A DNA stretch of 46,480 nucleotides from Candidatus Hydrothermarchaeota archaeon (GTDB taxonomy: Archaea > Hydrothermarchaeota > Hydrothermarchaeia > Hydrothermarchaeales > BMS3B): assembly GCA_015521615.1 (NCBI GenBank), contig WANW01000029.1, positions 1 through 46,480 on the forward strand, in the 5' to 3' direction. Positions 38,062 through 46,480 of the stretch are shown here, in pieces. Position numbers and translations under genes: made by a program. Position 1 is the first letter of the stretch. The number at the start of each line of letters is the position of its first letter. The notes below the pieces were generated by a model, which was not told where the DNA came from, did no database searches, and saw nothing but the letters and a program-made list of their open reading frames with translations.

Positions 38062-38210
38062 GTGGCTCGGCAAAACCGGAGGGCGTGAGAAGCATGATCG
38101 CCCTTGACTTGGCCGAGCTACAGGGCTGAGGGAGCAATCCCCGTTCTCGCGCCCGGGTGATAAAGCATGATCCCGGGTCGGTTAGCGGGGGAACATCCCC
38201 GGCCCTACCA
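38062..38210 (+). ncRNA. Two-hairpin archaeal box H/ACA pseudouridylation guide RNA
   Basis: Hairpin 1: GGCTCGGC/GCCGAGCT, pocket, AGGGCG-TGAGAAGCATGA-TCGCCCT K-loop, ACA at 38120-38122. Hairpin 2: GGGCTG/CGGCCC, CCCGGG-TGATAAAGCATGA-TCCCGGG K-loop. Confidence 0.8.
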
Positions 38211-38780
38211 GAAATTTCCACAGTAGTGTCCTGTAACAGGACATCCAAGACAACGTCCTATTCTGTAGTAGTCACACTCTGCACACCTACTCTCGCTGCC
38301 GCAGGGTGGAGAGTCAGACTTCTCAATCTTCATCTTTACAGGAAAGATGAGGTCTTTATAAGAGGTTATTACAACATTTACCTCAACATCCTCCACGTCA
38401 TCCCTGCTGCGTATGTGTGCATCCACCAGTGCGTCGATGGTGGTGAGGTCCTCGCTAACAAAGAATAGTGAGAGATTCCTCTTGCCAGAGATCACAAATC
38501 CGTTTAGAAAGTAGGGACACCCGCGGAATTTTTTGAGAATTTCAGTAGAGTTCTGAGCGGTGAGCTCAACGTTTACCAGATAGAGGTCTATCTTCTTGAA
38601 ATTCATACCTATTAGGAAGGAGAGGGCACCCTTTTCCTTGAGCTTTCTCAGCCTCACGCCAACGCTGGGCTGGCTTATCCCCACCTGCTTGGCAATTTCA
38701 CTCTGGGAGAGGTCAGGATTCTCCTCGAGAAGGGAGATTATCTTCTTATCCTTCTCGTCCAGGTCCAGCCATTCTCTTAT
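38205..38780 (-). CDS. Lrp/AsnC-family regulator with C-terminal Cys cluster (apparent ATA start)
   Basis: Frame extends upstream of the track start through LDEKDKKII...SQSEIAKQVGISQPSV (HTH); C-terminal C..CAEC..CLGCP. Confidence 0.82.
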   Translation of the reverse strand: MREWLDLDEKDKKIISLLEENPDLSQSEIAKQVGISQPSVGVRLRKLKEKGALSFLIGMNFKKIDLYLVNVELTAQNSTEILKKFRGCPYFLNGFVISGKRNLSLFFVSEDLTTIDALVDAHIRSRDDVEDVEVNVVITSYKDLIFPVKMKIEKSDSPPCGSESRCAECDYYRIGRCLGCPVTGHYCGNFW

Positions 38781-38861
38781 GTCTCTTCCTCCTTTTATTT
38801 AAAAAATACTGATGCATTTTCTGTTTAATGTAAATGAACAATACCTAATATTTAAGGTTTG

Positions 38862-40640
38862 TCACTCCACCGTCACCGACTTGGCGAGAGCTCGAGGCTT
38901 GTCCACATTGCGCCCCAGCTTCAGCGCCACGTAGTAGGCGAGCAGCTGAAACACCGGGGCGAAGATTATGGGCGAGAGCTCCTCGCTGCACTTTGGCACG
39001 ACCAAACAGGCGTCGCTCGCCACCGGCGAACCTGAGGCCACTGCTATAACCCTCCCCTCCCTGGCCTTGACTTCCTGGATGTTGCTGATTATCCGCTTCC
39101 TGTTCTCCCCCTCCGCAGGCACGAAGGCGACGGTATGCATGTGCTCGTCGATTAGCGATATGGTGCCATGCTTGAGCAGGCCGGAGCTCATACCTTCAGC
39201 GTGCAGGTAGGATATCTCCTTGAGCTTGAGCGCACCTTCAAGAGCAGTTGGGTAGTTTATGCCCTTGCCTATGAAGAGGTAGTTGCTGACGTCAAACTGC
39301 TCCTCCGCCACCCGCTTGATCTCCTGCTCCAGGGCGAGCACCTCCTCAAGCTTTGCTGGCAGGGAGCGCAGCTCCTCCTCCAGGGGCTCCACCTTCCTCC
39401 CCCGCAGCCTTGCCAGCTCAATTGCTGTGCGCAGCAGCAGCGTGAGCTGTGATGTGTAGGTTTTTGTGGCGCAAACAGCGATCTCAATGCCCGAGCCCTG
39501 CATCAGCACATGCTCAACTATGCGCGTGGCCGTGGAGCCTATCACATTGACTATTGCCGCTGTGCTCGCACCCTGCTGCTTCGCATAGCGCAGCGCCGCC
39601 AGGGTGTCGTAGGTTTCGCCGCTCTGGGTGATGCCAACCACCAGCGTGCCCTCGTCCAGGACGCCTTTGTTCTTGAGCTCCGAGGAGTCTATGGCGATGA
39701 CCACTTTGCTGGCGAGCTGCGAGAACCAGTACTCGGCCACCATCGCCGCGTGCAGGCTGGTGCCCGCTCCGGCGAGGTACACCCTCTCCGCACCTGCCAC
39801 CATCTCAGCCAGCTTCCTCACATCCTCGCGGTAAATCTTTAAAGCACTGGCAACTGTGCGGGGCTGCTCGTGGATTTCCTTGAGCATGAAGTGGGGATAG
39901 CCCTCCTTCCTCGCCTCCTCGTCGCTCCACTCAACCACCATTTCCTTCTTCCGCTTAACCTCGCCGGTGGCCAGGTCCTTAACCACAACTCCATCGCGGG
40001 TAACCACTGCGTACTCCCCGTCATCCAGGGGCAGAGCCCTGCGGGTGTGCCTGAGGAAGGAGAAGATGTCAGAAGCCACAAACATCTCGCCATCGCCCAC
40101 GCCGACCACCAGGGGCGACTCCCTGCGCGCCGCGATTATCTTATCCGGCTCCCGGGCGGAGATTACCAGCACCGCGTAGGTGCCCTCCACCTCTGCGAGA
40201 GCGCAGCGCACCGCCTCCTCAAGGCTTGAGTCGTAGTACTCCTCTATCAGGTGCGGGATGACCTCAGTATCAGTGCCCGAGGCGAAGCTGTGCCCCCTCG
40301 CCTCAAGCCTTCTCCGGAGCTCCTCGTGGTTGGAGATTATGCCGTTGTGCACTACCGCAATCTCTCCGGAGCAGTCCAGGTGGGGATGCGCATTTTCCTT
40401 TGTCACACCTCCGTGGGTGGCCCAGCGGGTGTGCCCTATGCCGGGGCTCCCCTCCAGGCGGCTCAGCCCGAGCTTTGCCTCTATCTCGTCTATTTCGCCC
40501 ACGTCCTTCTTGACCACCAGCTCGCGGTTTATGCACGCGATGCCGCAGGAGTCGTAGCCCCTGTACTCCAGGCGCTTCAACCCCTGCAGTATAATCCCGC
40601 CGGCGTTTTTATCTCCGATGTATCCCACTATCCCACACAT
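38862..40640 (-). CDS. glmS: Glutamine-fructose-6-phosphate aminotransferase
   Basis: MCGIVG, LEYRGYDS, HTRWATHG, SQ/TQSGET, LAKSVTVE. Confidence 0.97.
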   Translation of the reverse strand: MCGIVGYIGDKNAGGIILQGLKRLEYRGYDSCGIACINRELVVKKDVGEIDEIEAKLGLSRLEGSPGIGHTRWATHGGVTKENAHPHLDCSGEIAVVHNGIISNHEELRRRLEARGHSFASGTDTEVIPHLIEEYYDSSLEEAVRCALAEVEGTYAVLVISAREPDKIIAARRESPLVVGVGDGEMFVASDIFSFLRHTRRALPLDDGEYAVVTRDGVVVKDLATGEVKRKKEMVVEWSDEEARKEGYPHFMLKEIHEQPRTVASALKIYREDVRKLAEMVAGAERVYLAGAGTSLHAAMVAEYWFSQLASKVVIAIDSSELKNKGVLDEGTLVVGITQSGETYDTLAALRYAKQQGASTAAIVNVIGSTATRIVEHVLMQGSGIEIAVCATKTYTSQLTLLLRTAIELARLRGRKVEPLEEELRSLPAKLEEVLALEQEIKRVAEEQFDVSNYLFIGKGINYPTALEGALKLKEISYLHAEGMSSGLLKHGTISLIDEHMHTVAFVPAEGENRKRIISNIQEVKAREGRVIAVASGSPVASDACLVVPKCSEELSPIIFAPVFQLLAYYVALKLGRNVDKPRALAKSVTVE

Positions 40641-41692
40641 CAGCGCTGCCTCAGGAAGTCGACAAGTATACTGCTAAATTCAACAACCTCATTTATATCT
40701 ATTCGCTCCTCCTTCGTGTGCGCAAGCTCGGGTTTACCCGGGCCAAAGATAACCGCAGGTATCCCTGCAGAGTGGTAGTAGGAGGCGTCTGTCGTGGCCA
40801 TGCTTACGCCGTATCTAAGCTCCCTGTGCCTGGAAATCGCCTCCGCCAGCGCCTTCACAAAGGGGTGCTCCCTCTCCAGGAGGAAGGGTTTTGAATATTC
40901 GCCGTTCACCAGCTTCGCCTCGTAGTCGAGCCCCGCCAGAGCGTGGTGCACCTGGCGCAGCGCTTGCTCTGGAGTCTCTCCCAGCGTGAGGCGCCTGTCT
41001 ATGGTAAAGGTGCACACCTCGGGTACAACGTTGGAGGCAATGCCAGCGCTTATCTCCGTAATCTCCAGGCCTGCGCTGCCCAGCTGCGGGTGCTCTGCCA
41101 TGGGGAGAAGGCGTAGCCTCTCTATGGCGTCCATGGCTCTGTAGATGGCGTTTACCCCCAGGTCTGCCCTGCTCGCATGCGCCGCCCTGCCTTTAACGGC
41201 GACGCTTATGGTAACCCTGCCCCTCTGCCCCAGGTGGAGCGCCAGCGACGTGGGCTCAGCCACAATCGCAAAGCTTGCCCTGCAGCGCCCTGCAAGTGCC
41301 GCGGAGCCCGAAGCTTGAGCGGCCTCCTCACCCACCACGAAGTGCACCTCGGGCGAGTACCTCAGCTCCTCCCCCGCGAGGGCGTGCATCGCCTCCACTA
41401 TTCCAGCCAGCCCCGCCTTCATGTCCACCGCTCCCCTTGCGCAGAGCATGTCGCCCTCCTCGGCCACGCCGTAGTAGCCGGGCACTGTATCGAGATGTCC
41501 GTTGAGCACCACCCGCTTATGCGTCCGCTTCATTGTTGCGATGAGGTTGCCCTGCTCATCTACCTTTGTCTCCATCCCCGCCTCCTCAAGCCACGCCTTG
41601 AGGAGCTCCCTGACCTCGCCCTCGCTGCCGCTCTCGCTCCTCAAAGCAAGAAGCTCGTGAAGCCTGCGCTTAACTCTTGGCTTTGAAATCAT
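40640..41692 (-). CDS. M20 metallopeptidase (ArgE/DapE/LysK-like)
   Basis: GHLDTV, GAVDMK, GEE, AEPT, AHTKEE. Confidence 0.88.
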   Translation of the reverse strand: MISKPRVKRRLHELLALRSESGSEGEVRELLKAWLEEAGMETKVDEQGNLIATMKRTHKRVVLNGHLDTVPGYYGVAEEGDMLCARGAVDMKAGLAGIVEAMHALAGEELRYSPEVHFVVGEEAAQASGSAALAGRCRASFAIVAEPTSLALHLGQRGRVTISVAVKGRAAHASRADLGVNAIYRAMDAIERLRLLPMAEHPQLGSAGLEITEISAGIASNVVPEVCTFTIDRRLTLGETPEQALRQVHHALAGLDYEAKLVNGEYSKPFLLEREHPFVKALAEAISRHRELRYGVSMATTDASYYHSAGIPAVIFGPGKPELAHTKEERIDINEVVEFSSILVDFLRQR

Positions 41693-43560
41693 GACCCCAG
41701 GAATCTCCTCAGCTCCTCCTGCAGGATTTTCATCACAACCTTACCCTCAACGCGTCCGCGCAACTCCTTCATAAGCACCCCCATGAGAGGCTTCGCCGCA
41801 CCCTTGCCCCGCTCGCGGACAAATTCGCTGCGCTCCTCTATAACCCTCCTCGCCAGGCTGCGCACCTCTTCCTCGGAGAAGCCCTTCAGACCGAGCCTCT
41901 CCATGGCCTGAGCCACGCTCAGCTCCGGCGAGGAGCACAGCGCCCTGAGCACCTCGGGCACAGCCTCCCTGGTGAGCTTCCCCTTCGCAAGCGTAGAGAA
42001 CAGCTCCCTGAAGCTCTGCTCCCTGAGGCGCTCCACTTCACAGCCTTCGCGCCTGAGCTCGCGGAGCGTCGCCGTGAGCGTTGTAGCAACCAGGCGGGGC
42101 TTTGCACCGGTTGCGACAAGCTCCTCGAAGAGTTCGGCGCGCCCGCTCCTCACCACCTGGGCTGCCAGCTCCTCGCTAAGCTTATATTGCTCCACAAACC
42201 TGGAGATCTTCTCCTCGTACAGCTCCGGCAGATTTGCTCTCAGGCGCTCCACCAGCTCCTGCGTAACCACGAAGGGTGGAAGGTCTGTCTCTGGGTACAT
42301 CCTCGCGGCCCCTGGCAATGGACGCATGTAGCGCGTGCTTCCGTCACCCTGGGCCATTCGCGTTTCCTCGGGCACGCCCCTGAGCGCTAGCCTCGCGCGC
42401 TCCACCACCGCCTCGATTGCCTTCTCCGCCCTCTCTCTAGCCTCTGCCACGAGCACGAAGGCATCGCTCTCGCCCAAGCCGAGTCTTTCAGCAACCGCTC
42501 CAACCTCCTCTGCGGAGATGCCGTAGGCGGGGAGCTCGTCGGAGTGGAAGATTCCCCCCACACCAGCCTTAACTCTGGCGTACTGCGCCAGCTCGCTGCC
42601 CAGGCGCGGCTCATCCCTGGCGCCGCCTATCAACCCGCGGAAGCCGGGCAGCTTCACCGCTAGCACTACGCCACCCCTGCTCAGGGTTCTGCGCACAACC
42701 TTTGACTGGGTGGAGGAGAAGACATCGGAAACCTCCACCGGCGAGGGCTTGAGCTGGGCCTCACCCACGCCACGCCTTTTGAGCTCCCCGGCGATCGCTA
42801 TGAGCCTCTTCTGCCTCGCAACCTCTCCCTCTATAATCTTCGGAATCATGTTCAGCTCCTGCACACCCTTTATCTCCACCCTGGCTCCGCCCTCTATGGA
42901 GACATTTATGTCCTGGCGTATTGTGCCTATACCGCGCCTCACCCTGCCTGTAGCGCGCAGCACCTCGCCTATTTTCAGGGCGACCTCCCTCGCCTCCTCG
43001 GGGGAGGTTATGTCCGGAGAGGTGCTTATCTCTATTAGCGGAATTCCCAGGCGGTCGAGGCGGTAGATGGTCTTGTTCTCCCCTTCGCCAACCTTTCGCG
43101 CCGCCTCCTCTTCAAGGCAAATCGTGGGGATGCGCACCTTCCCGCGGGAGGTCTCTATGTAGCCATCCAGAGCGATGATAGCGGTGCGCTGAAAGCCCGA
43201 GGTGTTGCTGCCGTCTATCACAATCTTGCGCATGAAGTGGATTTCATCCACAGGCTGAGCGTTGAGGAGCAACGCCACCTGGAGCGCTATCTCCACCGCC
43301 TCGCGGTTCACCTCATGGGGCGGCTCCTCGTCCATCTCCACCAGGCAGGAGACTTCCTCCGGCACCTGGTACACAAAGTGCCTGCCCTTCATGTACTCCT
43401 GCAATGCTGCGCGGTCGATCTCGCCGAGCTCACTCTGCGTCGGCCTCAGGCGGCGCACTATCTTCAGCTCGGGCTCTGCCTCGACGAGCTCGCTCTCGCA
43501 GTTGCAGAAGAGCTTCCTAGTTGCAAGCTGCTGGTGCACCTCGAAGCCAACTCTGAGCAT
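41689..43560 (-). CDS. gatE: Glu-tRNA(Gln) amidotransferase subunit E
   Basis: GFEVHQQL, IDGSNTSGFQRT, GIGTIRQD, MYPETD. Confidence 0.97.
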   Translation of the reverse strand: MLRVGFEVHQQLATRKLFCNCESELVEAEPELKIVRRLRPTQSELGEIDRAALQEYMKGRHFVYQVPEEVSCLVEMDEEPPHEVNREAVEIALQVALLLNAQPVDEIHFMRKIVIDGSNTSGFQRTAIIALDGYIETSRGKVRIPTICLEEEAARKVGEGENKTIYRLDRLGIPLIEISTSPDITSPEEAREVALKIGEVLRATGRVRRGIGTIRQDINVSIEGGARVEIKGVQELNMIPKIIEGEVARQKRLIAIAGELKRRGVGEAQLKPSPVEVSDVFSSTQSKVVRRTLSRGGVVLAVKLPGFRGLIGGARDEPRLGSELAQYARVKAGVGGIFHSDELPAYGISAEEVGAVAERLGLGESDAFVLVAEARERAEKAIEAVVERARLALRGVPEETRMAQGDGSTRYMRPLPGAARMYPETDLPPFVVTQELVERLRANLPELYEEKISRFVEQYKLSEELAAQVVRSGRAELFEELVATGAKPRLVATTLTATLRELRREGCEVERLREQSFRELFSTLAKGKLTREAVPEVLRALCSSPELSVAQAMERLGLKGFSEEEVRSLARRVIEERSEFVRERGKGAAKPLMGVLMKELRGRVEGKVVMKILQEELRRFLGS

Positions 43561-43569
43561 AACCTCACC

Positions 43570-44858
43570 TCAGTAGAAGGTGTCTGGAAGGGTGCGCGGG
43601 GTTATCTCCCCGGCAAGGTTGCGCAGCATCAGCGAACGCACCTCCTCTTCGTCCTGCGCAACCGCGAGCACGTGCATCAGCTTGACGTAGGCCACCTCCG
43701 GGAGCATGTCTTCCCCAGGGATAACGCCCAGGTTGAGGAGCCTCCTTCCCGTGGAGTAAACCTTCATGTCCACCCTCCCGTAGAGGGTGGAGGTGGTCAT
43801 CACCACAGCTTTGCCCTCATCGCGGGCGCGCTCTATCGCCGGGAAGAGCTGCTCCGGCACGTGCCCCAGACCTGTGCCCTCCAGCACAATCCCGCGGTAC
43901 CTGTCCACGCAGTACTCCAGAAGCTCCGGGTCAACGCCCGGGTAGGCCTTGAAGAGCGCCACCCTCTCTTCTAGGCGGGTGTCGGCATAAACCTCCCCCT
44001 CGCTCCGCCTCCTGTAGCTCCCGAAGAGTTTAACCTCCTCGCGCACCTCGCCTATAGGGGGAGCATTAATGCTCTTGAAGGCATCCCTGCGGGAGGAGTG
44101 CATCTTTCTCACCTTCGTCGCCCTGTGCACAGCGCATGCCTCGTCGCTGCTCGTGGCGTGCATAACCACAACCACCTCGGCGAGGTCGCTCGTCGCAACC
44201 CTCGTGGCGGCGATTAAGTTGAGCGCTGCATCGCTGCTCGGCCTGTCGCTGGAGCGCTGGGAACCAACGAGCACCACGGGCTTTGTCAGGTTCTTGAGCA
44301 TAAACGCAAGCGCGGCGCCGGTGTAGCTCATGGTGTCTGTGCCGTGTGCCACCACCACACCCCATGCTGAGCCGTTGAGCTCCTTCACCACCTCCTCAGC
44401 TATTCTGCGCCAGTGCTTCGGGGTCATGTTCTCGCTCAGGATGTTGAAGAGCACCCTCGCCTTAATCCTGGCAATGTCCGCAAGCTCGGGCACGGCGTTT
44501 ATAATCTCGGCGGTGGAGAAGGAGGGGTGCACCGCACCCGTGACGTAGTCTATCTTCGAGGCTATTGTGCCGCCTGTGCCCAGAATCGTCACCTCGGGCT
44601 TCGCGGGGGAGAACTCGGGCTCGGGAAAGGCGGCCTGCTTTCTTGGCTCCGCTGGGGAAAGCCTCTCCACCCTTGCTCCAGAAATCTCGACGCCTATGTT
44701 GTAGCCGCTGTCCAGCTTTATAACCACGTGCCTGTCATCGCCCAGCTCGCTCCTGGGCATGAGCACACCCTCGTAGCTCCTCTCTCCTTTAACTATGCGC
44801 ACCCTCTCGCCAACTTTCGCTCCAGCGAGCACCTTCTCAGCTTCGCCTCTGTACATCT

Positions 44859-44862
<4 letters not shown>
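43570..44862 (-). CDS. gatD: Glu-tRNA(Gln) amidotransferase subunit D
   Basis: KLDSGYNIG, TGGTIAS, HGTDT, SQRSSDRPSSD. Confidence 0.97.
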
Positions 44863-46328
<1,466 letters not shown>

Positions 46329-46480
46329 TCCACCACCAGTAGAAAGTTACGCCTGCTGATATAAAAAGTCATGCCAGTCGACATTCAGCATAATAAAAAG
46401 GGGGGAGGGAGGTGTTGGGGAGGGGGGCCCTTGGAGATTAGAAGAAAAAGCAGTTCCTAACACTCCAAGGGCATTCATTC

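Noticed and set aside
38062-38210. tRNA, riboswitch or CRISPR reading of the structured intergenic region
   Set aside because: No cloverleaf or T-loop and no repeat-spacer pattern; the K-loop hairpin plus ACA architecture fits H/ACA better

Overview
Archaeal (euryarchaeal-type) chromosomal segment, mostly GC-rich with strong GGAGG ribosome-binding sites. Gene content fits an anaerobic thermophile, possibly Hydrothermarchaeota-like, but that placement is inference only. The left end (1 to ~4.1 kb) is an accessory patch: a very AT-rich, edge-truncated TGT-fold gene resembling DpdA DNA-modification enzymes (absent from the ORF track), a DUF4258/DUF2283 pair, an AAA+DUF4143 ATPase, a tandem DUF2250 protein and vapBC. 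The rest is mostly housekeeping: a METTL5-csl4-rpoL-RNaseIII-like-DUF531-NUDIX-tfs operon, a tgt-ccmC-like-histidine kinase operon, argG, ppsA, nfnAB, a short CysRS paralog, metVF, mfnA, gdhA, oapABC, nadE, hxlB and argH-gatD-gatE-M20-glmS. Most notable: (1) RNA polymerase subunit RpoL carrying an inserted helix-hairpin-helix domain; (2) the DpdA-like gene, plus a separate bacterial-type Tgt; (3) a two-hairpin box H/ACA guide RNA; (4) an MshC-like CysRS lacking the anticodon-binding end; (5) two genes apparently needing ACG or ATA starts; (6) two unannotated 42-aa zinc-finger microproteins; (7) a collapsed MNT-HepT relic. All family calls come from motif recognition by eye; no database searches were run.
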